The position numbers and the translations under genes were made by a program. DNA of 64,000 nt. Origin: an uncultured Acidobacteriota bacterium (GTDB taxonomy: Bacteria > Actinomycetota > Acidimicrobiia > Spongiisociales > ZC4RG35). This document shows positions 9,004 through 18,561 of the stretch, one piece after another. Where the stretch lies: positions 307,456-371,455 of the forward strand of contig CAWGJI010000019.1 in NCBI GenBank assembly GCA_963822895.1, written 5' to 3'. Under the pieces are notes generated by a model. The model did not search any database, was not told where the DNA came from, and saw only the letters and a list, made by a program, of their open reading frames with translations. Position 1 is the first letter of the stretch, and each line of letters begins with the position of its first letter.

Positions 9004-9232
9004 CCTGCCGGCTCGACCGGGCATGCCTATCCGCTCAATGCGATTATTCGAGCGTCGATCGATCGCCCGCCATCGATCATTTCGGTCATGGCCCGTGCGT
9101 CGCTCGAGGGCAGCGCCAACGCATCGCTAGCTGCGGATGTGAACGGTGCATATGCCGATGACCCTGTGAGCTCGGTGGCGCCGTTCTGGCGGCTGGGATC
9201 ACCCTTGGCTTTCCTCCGATGCCGCCCGGATC

Positions 9233-10639
9233 TCAGAGCAGCACGGCAGCGACCACGAGGAACCCACCAAAGCCGATGACGTCGGTGAAGGTGGTCAGGA
9301 GGATCGATGCGGCCACTGCCGGGTCCATCCCGAGGCGTCGCAGGATCAATGGGATGGCGGAGCCGAGAAAGCTGGCGATGATCAGGTTCACCATGGCGGC
9401 GACGGCAACGATGGCGGCAACCTCAGTGGCGGTGCTGCTCTGGCTCTCGAAGATGCCGATCGCAATGAGGCCATAGGTCAACGCTGCGGCAGCCACGGCC
9501 ATGGCGAGCCCGTTCAGGAGGCCCACACCGGTTTGACGGATGAGGATCCCGGCAACTTGAGATGGGGGCACATCGTCGGAGGCAAGCGAGCGGATCATGA
9601 CCGCGAGGCTCTGATTGCCTCCGTTCCCACCCATGGAGGCGACGATGGGCATGAGCGCGGCGAGCACCGGCTCTCGGGAGATGACACCGGTCTGGTTCTC
9701 GATCACGAGAGCCACTATGAGGGCGAGGAGGAGGTTCAGCAGGAGCCATGGCGAGCGCATCAGGAACGACTTGGTGACATCGGTGTAGACGGTCTCGCCG
9801 ACCCCGGCGCCGACGGCGGCGGCGAAGTCCTCGGTTGCCTCGTCCTGGACCGCCTCGATGACCGCATCCGTGGTCACCATGCCCAGCAGGCGACCACCGT
9901 CATCGACCACGGGGACTCCGAAGAGGTGATAGCGCTGACACAACTCCGCCACGATCTCCCGGTCCGTCGTGGGCTTTACGGTCAGTGGATCCGGGACCAC
10001 GACTTCATCGAGAGGTGCGCCCGGCCGGACGAAGACCAGGTCTCGAAACGAGACCACGCCCTTGAGGACCCCCATGTCGTCCACCGCATAGACGTAGCTC
10101 AGGTCCTCGTACTCCTCGTGCAGCTGTCTGATCCTCTCGGTCGCCTCACCGGCGCTGAGCCCTATGGGCAGGGCGGCGATCTCGGTGGTCATCAACCCAC
10201 CTGCGGTGTCCGGGGCATAGTCGAGAAGACGGCGGATCTCGCGCTCCGACTCGTCGTCCATCAACGCGAGGACGTTCTCCTTCAGATCGTCGTCGAGCTC
10301 GAGCAGCAGGTCGGCAGCAGCCTCTCCGGTCATCTCGGTGACCGCAGCTGTCAGGTCCTCGAGTGGTACTTCCTCGACCAGCTCAGCAGCCAACTCCGGT
10401 GCGATTTGCTCGAGGACGTCAGCGGCGTCCTCGGCGTCGAGATCGGCGAGGAGCTCGGCCGCGTCTTCCTCGGTCATCTGCTCCAGGACGTCGGCTGCGT
10501 CACCTGGAACCGCTTCGACGAGGGCCTCCCACTCCTCACGCCTGGACTCGAGGTAATCGGCCACCTCGTCCCGATCACGACGCGCGGCAGCCAGGAGAAC
10601 TCGTGCCAGTTGGCGTGGACTTCTGAGTCGGAGTCTCAC
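9233..10639 (-). CDS. mgtE: Magnesium transporter MgtE
   Basis: Acidic N-domain, tandem CBS region and a C-terminal membrane domain (GNGGNQSLAVMIR...DVIGF). Confidence 0.93.
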   Translation of the reverse strand: MRLRLRSPRQLARVLLAAARRDRDEVADYLESRREEWEALVEAVPGDAADVLEQMTEEDAAELLADLDAEDAADVLEQIAPELAAELVEEVPLEDLTAAVTEMTGEAAADLLLELDDDLKENVLALMDDESEREIRRLLDYAPDTAGGLMTTEIAALPIGLSAGEATERIRQLHEEYEDLSYVYAVDDMGVLKGVVSFRDLVFVRPGAPLDEVVVPDPLTVKPTTDREIVAELCQRYHLFGVPVVDDGGRLLGMVTTDAVIEAVQDEATEDFAAAVGAGVGETVYTDVTKSFLMRSPWLLLNLLLALIVALVIENQTGVISREPVLAALMPIVASMGGNGGNQSLAVMIRSLASDDVPPSQVAGILIRQTGVGLLNGLAMAVAAAALTYGLIAIGIFESQSSTATEVAAIVAVAAMVNLIIASFLGSAIPLILRRLGMDPAVAASILLTTFTDVIGFGGFLVVAAVLL

Positions 10640-10682
10640 CGGTGGCCCTCCGGGCGGCGAACCGGCGTCAGGCTAACTGCGA

Positions 10683-11159
10683 TCAGCCCTCGTAGGGCCG
10701 CACTGCCTTCACGGTGACCGTGAACTTGCCGGCGGGAGCCTGATAGGTGACGGAGTCACCGGTGGTAGCTCCCAGGAGGGCTCCGCCCAAGGGGCTGGTC
10801 GGGGAGGCAAGGAGGAGGCCGGCCACCTTGTTCTCCTGGGGCGCCACGAAATACTCCAGTTCGTCTCCGTCCGAGTCGACCACCGTGACGACGCTTCCCA
10901 CCTCGACCTTGCCGGTGTCCTCGACCTCGCGGACCTCCGCGGTGTTGAGCAGGTGCTCCAGCTTCCGGATGCGAGCCTCCATCAACCCCTGGTCGTTCTT
11001 GGCGGCGTCGTAGTCGGCGTTCTCCCTCAGATCGCCGTGAGAGCGCGCCTCGGCGATGCGCTCCTCTATCTCCTTGCGCCCTTCCGTCTTGAGTTGTTCC
11101 AGCTCGCTTCGCATCTTCTCGAATGCGGCCGGTGTCAGGAATGTCGAATCCGCGGGCAT
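10683..11159 (-). CDS. greA: Transcription elongation factor GreA
   Basis: Contains GDLRENADYDAAKNDQG and a C-terminal FKBP-like domain. 158 aa. Confidence 0.95.
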   Translation of the reverse strand: MPADSTFLTPAAFEKMRSELEQLKTEGRKEIEERIAEARSHGDLRENADYDAAKNDQGLMEARIRKLEHLLNTAEVREVEDTGKVEVGSVVTVVDSDGDELEYFVAPQENKVAGLLLASPTSPLGGALLGATTGDSVTYQAPAGKFTVTVKAVRPYEG

Positions 11160-11274
11160 GAATCAGCAAGGCTAATTGCCGTTTGCCCATAGTCGGCGCG
11201 GGCGACGCCGCCGCTGGTCAGGCGGCCCCTCATGCCCAATTCGGGGATACCCCGAGGCGCGGTATCTTTCGGTG

Positions 11275-12297
11275 ATGTCGTCCGTCCGGCTGACCGAGTT
11301 CTCCCATGGTGCCGGCTGCGCATGCAAACTGAGCCCGGACGAGTTGACGCAGATCATGACCCACGTCCGCGGCCATGAGGCCAGTGTCCATCCTGACCTC
11401 CTCGTCGGTGTTGAGAACTCGGACGACGCCGGCGTCTTCTCGCTCGGCGACGGCCGCTCGTTGGTGCAGACGGTTGACATCTTCACGCCCGTGGTCGACG
11501 ACCCGGGCGATTGGGGGCGGGTGGCCGCGGCAAACGCCCTAAGTGACGTCTACGCCATGGGCGGCAAGCCTCTCACTGCACTCCAGTATCTCGCATGGCC
11601 TCGGGGAAAGCTCGACTTCGAGCTCGCCGGAGAGGTGGTGGCAGGTGGTCTCGAGGTCATGGCCAAGGCCGGGTGCACCGTTGTGGGTGGACATTCGATC
11701 GACAGCCCGGAGCCGACCTATGGCTTTGCCGTGACCGGCCTGGTCGACACGGGCGCCTTCTTCACCAACTCTGGTGCGAGGGCGGGAGACCGACTCGTGC
11801 TCACCAAGCCGTTGGGAATCGGCATCGCCACCACCGCGATCAAACGTGGTGCTTGCCCCGAGTCGCTGGCCTCCCTGGCGGTGGAGACCATGACGACCCT
11901 CAATGACGTCGCTGGTTTTGCACTCGCCGCCCATGCGGCATCTTCTGCGACCGACGTGACGGGGTTCGGCCTGCTCGGGCATCTTCGTGAGATGTGCATC
12001 GCATCCGGTGTCGGAGTGGAGGTCGAGATCTCCGAGATCCCGGTGCTTCCGGGGATACGCGAGTTGCTTGCAGACGGCATGTGGGCCGGTGGCTCGGCCA
12101 GGAACCTGGAATCGGTGTCCCCCTATGTCGAGTCCCGAGTACCGGCTGCGGAGCTACGCATCCTGGCGGATGCACAGACGTCGGGTGGCCTCTTGGTAGC
12201 GCTGCCACCCGAAACGGTGGAGGGCTATCTCGCCGACGTGCCAGGATCAGTGACGATTGGGCATTTCACCACCGAGTTGGGGATCATTGTTCGATGA
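11275..12297 (+). CDS. selD: Selenide, water dikinase (selenophosphate synthetase), Cys-type
   Basis: The N-terminal motif is [11 protein letters not shown], comparable to E. coli GAGCGCK. AIR-synthase-like domains are present. I chose the ATG at 11275 inside ORF 11176-12297. Confidence 0.9.
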   Translation: MSSVRLTEFSHGAGCACKLSPDELTQIMTHVRGHEASVHPDLLVGVENSDDAGVFSLGDGRSLVQTVDIFTPVVDDPGDWGRVAAANALSDVYAMGGKPLTALQYLAWPRGKLDFELAGEVVAGGLEVMAKAGCTVVGGHSIDSPEPTYGFAVTGLVDTGAFFTNSGARAGDRLVLTKPLGIGIATTAIKRGACPESLASLAVETMTTLNDVAGFALAAHAASSATDVTGFGLLGHLREMCIASGVGVEVEISEIPVLPGIRELLADGMWAGGSARNLESVSPYVESRVPAAELRILADAQTSGGLLVALPPETVEGYLADVPGSVTIGHFTTELGIIVR

Positions 12298-12722
12298 CGG
12301 ATCCTGGAGAGCGCCTGACGGCGATAACCGACGCCCTCTCGATCACCAGTGCGCGACATCACATCTTTCTCTGTGCCGACCAGGCGAATCCGAAATGCGC
12401 ATCACTCGAAGAGACCGGCGCCCTCTGGAGACATCTCAAGTCCCGGCTCAAGGCGCTGGGGCTGACCTCGGCACCGCCGCCCTGGTCTGGTGACCCGGCG
12501 GCCGTGGCCACACCGGTCGAACCGGCTGGCGGAACGGTGCTGAGAAGCAAGGTCGATTGCCTTCGTGTGTGCGAGCAAGGGCCCATTTGCGTCGTCTACC
12601 CGGAGGGGACCTGGTATGCCCACCTGACAGTCGAGGGGCTCGACCGCATCATCGAAGAGCACCTCATCGGAGGTGAACCGGTCGATGAGCTCGCATTTGC
12701 CACAGGCGACTTGCGCGAATGA
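12294..12722 (+). CDS. Thioredoxin-like [2Fe-2S] ferredoxin-family protein
   Basis: The Cys pattern is [11 protein letters not shown] ... [16 protein letters not shown] overlap with the selD stop, and its own stop overlaps the next gene in the same way. Confidence 0.7.
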   Translation: MTDPGERLTAITDALSITSARHHIFLCADQANPKCASLEETGALWRHLKSRLKALGLTSAPPPWSGDPAAVATPVEPAGGTVLRSKVDCLRVCEQGPICVVYPEGTWYAHLTVEGLDRIIEEHLIGGEPVDELAFATGDLRE

Positions 12723-13618
12723 GGCTCTTCAAGCGAGTGTTTATCGCCTTTCTGATGTGGCGGGCATTTGCGCCTCCACTCACCCCTCGCTTCAGGCCGC
12801 CACAGGAGCATCCCTGGCGGAGCCCGGGCCGGACTGTGTTCGTGGGGGATCGAGAGTTCATCGTCAGGGAGGCCGGCCCGGACGGAGCGCCCGCCCTCCT
12901 GCTGATTCACGGTCTGGCAGGGTCCTCCCTGGCGGAGTGGTATCGGATCGGACCCGCCCTTTCCGAGAAATACCGGTTGATCATGCTCGACCACAGGAGT
13001 CACGGGCTGGCTCCCCTGGCTCGCGATCGGTTCGAGGTCGAGGACGTGGCCGACGACATCGCAGGTGTGCTCGATGGGCTCGAGGTGGGGAAGGTGAGTG
13101 TGATCGGCTACTCGATGGGTGGCGCCATCGCGCAAGCTCTGGCTCATCGCCACGGAGGGCGGATCGACAAGCTGATCCTGATCGCAACGTTCTCTCACCA
13201 CCCCCAACCCGACCGATTCTGGCGGGAAGTGGGCGCCATCCTCGCCCGTGCCTGGGAGCGGCTGACCGGCCTCGGGACCCCGGAGGTTCGGTCCGGGTAT
13301 CTCCGTCTCACCGGGGCGGTCGAAGAGAGGCATGCGCGCTGGCTCTGGGAGGAGACGCACCGCCGGGATGTCGACGCCGGTGCCCAGTCCACACTCGCCT
13401 TGCTCAGATTCGACTCGAGACCGTGGATCGGCCGGCTGGAGATCGAGACTCTCGTGGTGATCCCCACCAGGGACCAACTGGTTCCCCCTGCCTGGCAGTA
13501 TCAGCTCGCGGCGGCCCTGCCGAATGCCGAGGTCGAGGAACTGGTCGGGGTCAGACACGAAGCGCCGTGGACGGAGCCCGACGAGTTGATCGACCTGATA
13601 TCCCGATTCATCGGGTGA
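12719..13618 (+). CDS. Alpha/beta-fold hydrolase
   Basis: Has the HGLAGS oxyanion region and the nucleophile elbow GYSMGG. Confidence 0.88.
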   Translation: MRLFKRVFIAFLMWRAFAPPLTPRFRPPQEHPWRSPGRTVFVGDREFIVREAGPDGAPALLLIHGLAGSSLAEWYRIGPALSEKYRLIMLDHRSHGLAPLARDRFEVEDVADDIAGVLDGLEVGKVSVIGYSMGGAIAQALAHRHGGRIDKLILIATFSHHPQPDRFWREVGAILARAWERLTGLGTPEVRSGYLRLTGAVEERHARWLWEETHRRDVDAGAQSTLALLRFDSRPWIGRLEIETLVVIPTRDQLVPPAWQYQLAAALPNAEVEELVGVRHEAPWTEPDELIDLISRFIG

Positions 13619-13631
13619 GGTCACCCCGCTC

Positions 13632-15383
13632 ATGACGACATCCATCACCGACAGCCGGTTGTCGAACCTGGTTGCCCACCGGATCGTCGAGGGATTCGAG
13701 GAGTACACCACCAGATTCCATGGGATCAACACGAGGGCCCCCCGTCGGTTCGAGGAGAGAGACTGGCGGGGGATGCAGACAGACGCGATCGAGCGTCTGC
13801 GGCTCTATTCGGTGGTCGTCGACAGGGTCATCGAGTCGATCAGGCAGATGGTGGGGCCCCGAATCGACGATCCGCTGATGTGGGTGGCAATAAAGGCCGT
13901 CTACTCGGGTCTCATCTCGGACCATCAGGATTGGGAGTTGGCCGAGACCTTCTACAACTCCGTGACACGCCGGGTGTTCAACACGGTCGGAGTCGCCGAG
14001 CACATCGAGTTCGTCGACTCGGACTTCGACACGCCACCGATCCCGCCCCGCGACCCCGTGTTCGTCACATTCGATCGTCGCCAGTCGACGGCGGACATGA
14101 TCAGGGACATCCTGATCTCCTTTGCCCACGAGGTCCCGTATGCGCGCCTCGACAAAGACGCCGCGCAGGTCGCCAAGCGCGTCGAGGAGCGCTTGAGCGA
14201 GCCCGGATCACTCGCCGTGGTGGGCAAGGCCGAGGTGGTGAGATCCGTCTTCTACCGGGGCCAGTCCGCCTATCTGATCGGGTTGCTCTATGCCGGGACC
14301 CATCGCGTCCCGTTGATCCTGGCGCTGAGCAATGGGGTGGACGGGGTCTTTGTCGACGCCGTTCTGCTCAGTGAGAACGAGGCCTCGATCTTGTTCAGCT
14401 TCACCCGTTCCTACTTCCACGTCGACGTGCCGCGACCCTACGACCTCGTCCGATTCCTGAAGAAGTTGATGCCCCGCAAGCGGGTGGCCGAGATATACAT
14501 CGCGATCGGCCAGAACAAGCACGGCAAGACCGAGCTCTATCGGGACCTACTCCGACACCTCCGTTCGACCGACGACCGCTTCGAGCCGGCCCCCGGAACC
14601 CGCGGGTTGGTGATGATCGTGTTCACCATGCCCGGCTACGACGACGTGTTCAAGGTCATACGCGACACGTTCCCCCCGCCGAAGAAGACCACCCGCCGGG
14701 CAATCATGGAGAAGTATCGCTTGGTATTCCAACACGACCGGGCGGGGCGACTCATGGACGTCCAGGACTTCCAGCATCTCGAGTTCCACCGGTCGCGATT
14801 CTCCGACGAGTTACTCGACGAGCTCCTACGCGACGCACCCTCGACCGTTCGTGTCGAAGGCGACTCGGTCGTCATCAGCCATGTATATGTCGAGAGGAGA
14901 ATCGTCCCGCTGGACCTGTACGTCCGTGAGGCGGCAGAGTCTTCGGCCTCGGAGGCAGTGCTCGACTTTGGCCAAGCCATCAAGGACCTCGCCTCCACGA
15001 ACATCTTCCCGGGTGACCTCCTACCCAAGAACTTCGGGGTGACGAGACACGGGCGGGTCGTGTTCTACGACTACGACGAGCTCAGCGCGCTGACCGACAT
15101 CAACATCAGAGAGCTGCCGCCGCCGCGTGACGAGATCGACGCGATGGCCGAGGGGCCATGGTTCAGTGTCGGGGACAGGGATGTTTTCCCCGAGGAACAT
15201 TCCCATTTCCTCGGCTTGCCGACCAGCCTCCGCCAGGTCTTCATGGAGCGACACTCCGATCTCTTCCGGGTGGAGCCCTGGAGGGACATACAGGCCCGGA
15301 TCAAAGCCGGCGAGTTGATCGAAGTGTTCCCGTATGGCCAGGAAGCCCGTCTTCTTGGGACCGGCTCATCTCGAGGATGGTGA
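13632..15383 (+). CDS. aceK: Isocitrate dehydrogenase kinase/phosphatase
   Basis: Full-length collinear similarity to E. coli AceK as I recall it: YRGQSAYLIG, FSFTRSYFHV, AELY.AIG..KHGKTE.YR, FPGDLLPKNFGVTRHGRVVFYDYDE, DVFPEE. Confidence 0.9.
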   Translation: MTTSITDSRLSNLVAHRIVEGFEEYTTRFHGINTRAPRRFEERDWRGMQTDAIERLRLYSVVVDRVIESIRQMVGPRIDDPLMWVAIKAVYSGLISDHQDWELAETFYNSVTRRVFNTVGVAEHIEFVDSDFDTPPIPPRDPVFVTFDRRQSTADMIRDILISFAHEVPYARLDKDAAQVAKRVEERLSEPGSLAVVGKAEVVRSVFYRGQSAYLIGLLYAGTHRVPLILALSNGVDGVFVDAVLLSENEASILFSFTRSYFHVDVPRPYDLVRFLKKLMPRKRVAEIYIAIGQNKHGKTELYRDLLRHLRSTDDRFEPAPGTRGLVMIVFTMPGYDDVFKVIRDTFPPPKKTTRRAIMEKYRLVFQHDRAGRLMDVQDFQHLEFHRSRFSDELLDELLRDAPSTVRVEGDSVVISHVYVERRIVPLDLYVREAAESSASEAVLDFGQAIKDLASTNIFPGDLLPKNFGVTRHGRVVFYDYDELSALTDINIRELPPPRDEIDAMAEGPWFSVGDRDVFPEEHSHFLGLPTSLRQVFMERHSDLFRVEPWRDIQARIKAGELIEVFPYGQEARLLGTGSSRGW

Positions 15384-15387
15384 GCCG

Positions 15388-17886
15388 CTAGCCGGATGAC
15401 GGCGTGAGGACCAGAGACGCCTCCTGGCCCTGTTCGACTTGCGCATCGGTCCATCTCAGTGGGTGCTGAACACCGTCGGTCCAGGGCTCGATCATGTCGT
15501 CGTAGTGGCCAGAGAAGGCGTGACCGGATTGTCCGGTGGTGTGGATCGCAGTCGACCGGGACAGGTCAGCCAGATCGATCACCATCCGGAAGGACGGCAG
15601 CCAGTCCACCTGATACCCGCTCTCCGTGGGTGTCCACCCGACGGCATCCACCACCGATTCGGTGCCTCCGACTCGAGAGGGAGCGGCCCGGTTGAAGAGC
15701 CATTCGATGGGTGCGATACCCGACTCACCGAAGGTTTGGTTGCGGAAGACGGCCCGGTGGAGATCTCCCCAGGTCCACTTGGCCCGGTCGGCCCCGAGCA
15801 GATCGGTGAGATCCGAGTCGGCGGCCAGCAGGGCCTCTCTGAGGATGTCGTCACGTGTCTCGACCGACGTAGTCGTCGCATCGTCCCAATAAGGGTCGTC
15901 GGGTGACGAGAGGAGGTTTCGCACCACTTCGAACCAGCGGGAGCCGCCGGTGGGCCATGACTCCTCCGGGAGATCGTCGTTGAAGGTGAGACTCAGGAGA
16001 TGTCTCCAGGTTCCCTCGTACAAGGCGGCCCCGGGGGATCCGCCATCAGCCCGCGAGCCTCCCTGGTACCAACTCCGCAGGATGGTCTGGAGGTCGCCAA
16101 TGGTGTCGTCATCGGCACCGAGGTCGAACAGGTAGGGCATGAGGTTGAGGGCGCCCCCGTCCACTGTGTCCATCTGCATCTCCTGGACCGACTCCACCGT
16201 GTGGTCGGTGTGTGACTGGATCATCTCCTCGATCCGTGCCGCCCGATAGCCGTAGGCGGCGTCGTACGCGTCGAATTGGCCTTCCCCTACTCGGGTGACC
16301 GGTTGGTTGGCCGAGGCGACGTAGTCACGAGGCGGGTCGTAGAGACGGGGCATCTCCCCGAATGGGATCGTGCCCACCCAGTCGTAGGTGGTCTCCCAGC
16401 CCGGGACGGGGTATCTGCCATCGCCGGCTCCCCTGATCGGCACCTCGCCGGTCGATTGGTAGGCGATGTTGCCCTCTACGTCCGCATAGACCAGGTTCTG
16501 GGGGGCGATGTCCCAATTCGCCGCCGCCGCCCGGAACTCGTCGTAGTTGGACGCCCGATTGATCCCGATGATGGCCGTGATCAGCGTGGATGGTTGCAAT
16601 GCCTGCCAGCCGAGGGCGACCTCGTATCGGTCGGGAAGGTCGAGGCTGGAGTCGTCGAAGACACCGTCGTCGAGGTAGATGTCGGAGATGATCGGGCCGT
16701 GCCTCGTGGTACGGACCTCATAAGTCACGGGGTCGGATCCACCCACCCGGATCGTCTCGGTACGGCTCTGCACCGGCGCCCACTCGCCGTCGACCTCGTA
16801 TTGGGAGGGGTCGTCGGGATTCAGACGCTCGACATACAGGTCTTGAGTGTCGACGGCCTCGTTGGTCACTCCCCAGGCGATTCGATCGTTGTGCCCCACG
16901 ACCACGCCGGGGACACCGGCAAACCCAAAGCCGGCAACGTCCTGCTGACAATCGTTTGCTCCGGTGCAATGCAGGCCGATCTCGTACCAGATCGACGGCA
17001 TCTGGATCGCCAGATGCGGGTCATTGGCCAGGATCGGCGCTCCGGTGGCCGTGAGCGAGCCTCCCACCACCCAGTTGTTCGATCCAATCCCTTCGAATCC
17101 ACCGCCCGTGAGGGCGTCGGTGGTGTCTGCAGCCACTCCCGCCGAGATCACGGCGGCAACGGCTCCCTCGGGCACCGGTGGGGCCGGCTCCGCGGCTACG
17201 GTCACCTGATCCCCGGGCACGACCACCGGATGGTCGGTCGGATAGGCCGGGTAAAGCTGCTCGATTCGATCAGCGGGGAGCGTTTTGCTCAGCATGGTCC
17301 GCTCGACCTCGTCGTCGAGATTCGAGCGCAGATCCCAGGCCATGACCTTGGCCCAGGTCAAGGTGTTGATCGGCGACCAGGGCTCGATCTCATAACCCCG
17401 GACCTGCAACGGCAGCAGGGCGTACTCGAAACTGATCTCAGTTGGGCTGTGCGTCTCGAGATAGGCGTTCACCCCATCGGCATATGACTGAAGTATCTGC
17501 CGATTCTCGGCGTCCATCGACTCGAGCTCCTGGGCGGCGATGTCGGCGAATCCCAGGGCTCTCAGGAACTTGTCGGTGTCGATCTGGCTGGATCCGAACA
17601 TCTCGGACAGTCGCCCGGCGCCGATGTGGCGCCAGAAGTCCATTTGGAAGAATCGATCCTGGGCGTGGACGAATCCCTGGGCGAAGTACAGGTCGTGGGT
17701 GCTCTCGGCGTATACATGGGGGACGCCGTCGGTGTCGCGTATCACCCTCACGGGGCTCTCCAGCCCGGCGGCGACGATCTCGCCGTTGGTCTTGGGGAAG
17801 GCGCGCTGCACGAAGAAGACGCCGGCACCGGCCAGCACCACGAGCACGACCAATAAGAAGATCAGAACCCGGCGGATCCATCGCAT
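15388..17886 (-). CDS. Penicillin acylase-family Ntn hydrolase (peptidase S45)
   Basis: N-terminal membrane anchor or signal sequence and the GSNNWVVGG nucleophile motif. 832 aa. Confidence 0.9.
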   Translation of the reverse strand: MRWIRRVLIFLLVVLVVLAGAGVFFVQRAFPKTNGEIVAAGLESPVRVIRDTDGVPHVYAESTHDLYFAQGFVHAQDRFFQMDFWRHIGAGRLSEMFGSSQIDTDKFLRALGFADIAAQELESMDAENRQILQSYADGVNAYLETHSPTEISFEYALLPLQVRGYEIEPWSPINTLTWAKVMAWDLRSNLDDEVERTMLSKTLPADRIEQLYPAYPTDHPVVVPGDQVTVAAEPAPPVPEGAVAAVISAGVAADTTDALTGGGFEGIGSNNWVVGGSLTATGAPILANDPHLAIQMPSIWYEIGLHCTGANDCQQDVAGFGFAGVPGVVVGHNDRIAWGVTNEAVDTQDLYVERLNPDDPSQYEVDGEWAPVQSRTETIRVGGSDPVTYEVRTTRHGPIISDIYLDDGVFDDSSLDLPDRYEVALGWQALQPSTLITAIIGINRASNYDEFRAAAANWDIAPQNLVYADVEGNIAYQSTGEVPIRGAGDGRYPVPGWETTYDWVGTIPFGEMPRLYDPPRDYVASANQPVTRVGEGQFDAYDAAYGYRAARIEEMIQSHTDHTVESVQEMQMDTVDGGALNLMPYLFDLGADDDTIGDLQTILRSWYQGGSRADGGSPGAALYEGTWRHLLSLTFNDDLPEESWPTGGSRWFEVVRNLLSSPDDPYWDDATTTSVETRDDILREALLAADSDLTDLLGADRAKWTWGDLHRAVFRNQTFGESGIAPIEWLFNRAAPSRVGGTESVVDAVGWTPTESGYQVDWLPSFRMVIDLADLSRSTAIHTTGQSGHAFSGHYDDMIEPWTDGVQHPLRWTDAQVEQGQEASLVLTPSSG

Positions 17887-18126
17887 CGATAGGTGAGCCT
17901 AGATGTGATGTCGCGCCGCCCCTGGAGACGATGTTCATTCCAGATGTCTCTAGTGCTGCGACCACAAACGTTCGTCGCGTTCAGGGCGGCCAGATGACAC
18001 CGCTTCCTGCGTCGAGCATGCTCGCCGCAGCTCCGGCTGCGACTGCGCTTTTCTCCTTGCCATCGGCGCCCCTGACTCGCCCTGACCATCGCCAACGATC
18101 ATGGACACAGCACTAGCGTTGCCGGC

Positions 18127-18561
18127 ATGAAGCGGACATCACTCATCTCGTGTCTGGCCCTGGTCCTGGCCGCATGCTCGGCGTCCGGTGCCACGACCAC
18201 GACACAGCCCGGCAGCACGTCGACCATCGCGCCGGCCACGACCACCACCGAGGGCCAGGCCGAGACCACGACCACGGTCATGGCGGAGACCACGACCACT
18301 GCGCCCGAGGTGGACGTGACCTTCGCCAACGGCGTGGTCGATGGGCCTGATCAGTTCGAGTACAAGCTCGGTGATGAGGTCTCGATCTTCGTGCTCTCCG
18401 ACGTGACGGAGGAAGTCCATGTCCACGGGTACGACCTGATGTTCGATGTGATGCCCGACGTCCCCGTCGAGATCACCTTGACGGCAGACGTGACCGGGAT
18501 CTTCGAAGTCGAGATGGAAGACAGCGGCACGCCGCTCTTCGAACTGGTGGTCAATCCTTGA
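18127..18561 (+). CDS. Lipoprotein with a Thr-rich linker and a small beta-rich, cupredoxin-like C-terminal domain
   Basis: Lipobox LVLAAC. The C-terminal domain contains EEVHVHGYD and GIFEVEMEDSG. The function is inferred only. Confidence 0.75.
   Translation: MKRTSLISCLALVLAACSASGATTTTQPGSTSTIAPATTTTEGQAETTTTVMAETTTTAPEVDVTFANGVVDGPDQFEYKLGDEVSIFVLSDVTEEVHVHGYDLMFDVMPDVPVEITLTADVTGIFEVEMEDSGTPLFELVVNP

Noticed and set aside
9004-9232. A 229-nt convergent spacer between the lipoprotein gene and mgtE, with ORF 9088-9279
   Set aside because: The ORF overlaps the mgtE 3' end and has no recognisable features. I saw only weak short palindromes (CCGGCTCGACCGG) and no convincing terminator or RNA motif. 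I left it unannotated.
10640-10682. M-box (Mg2+) riboswitch upstream of mgtE
   Set aside because: Only 43 nt separate the mgtE start from the greA stop. That is far too short for an M-box aptamer of about 160 nt.
11275-15383. Selenocysteine recoding (in-frame TGA) in or near the selD operon
   Set aside because: SelD itself has Cys at the catalytic position (GAGCACK). I found no pair of same-frame ORFs separated by a single TGA in this neighbourhood. A proper SECIS and TGA scan of the whole genome would be needed to exclude selenoproteins elsewhere.
17887-18126. A 240-nt divergent spacer between the penicillin-acylase-family gene and the lipoprotein gene, as a possible riboswitch or sRNA
   Set aside because: I could recognise no known riboswitch core or strong structure. 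It most likely holds the two divergent promoters.
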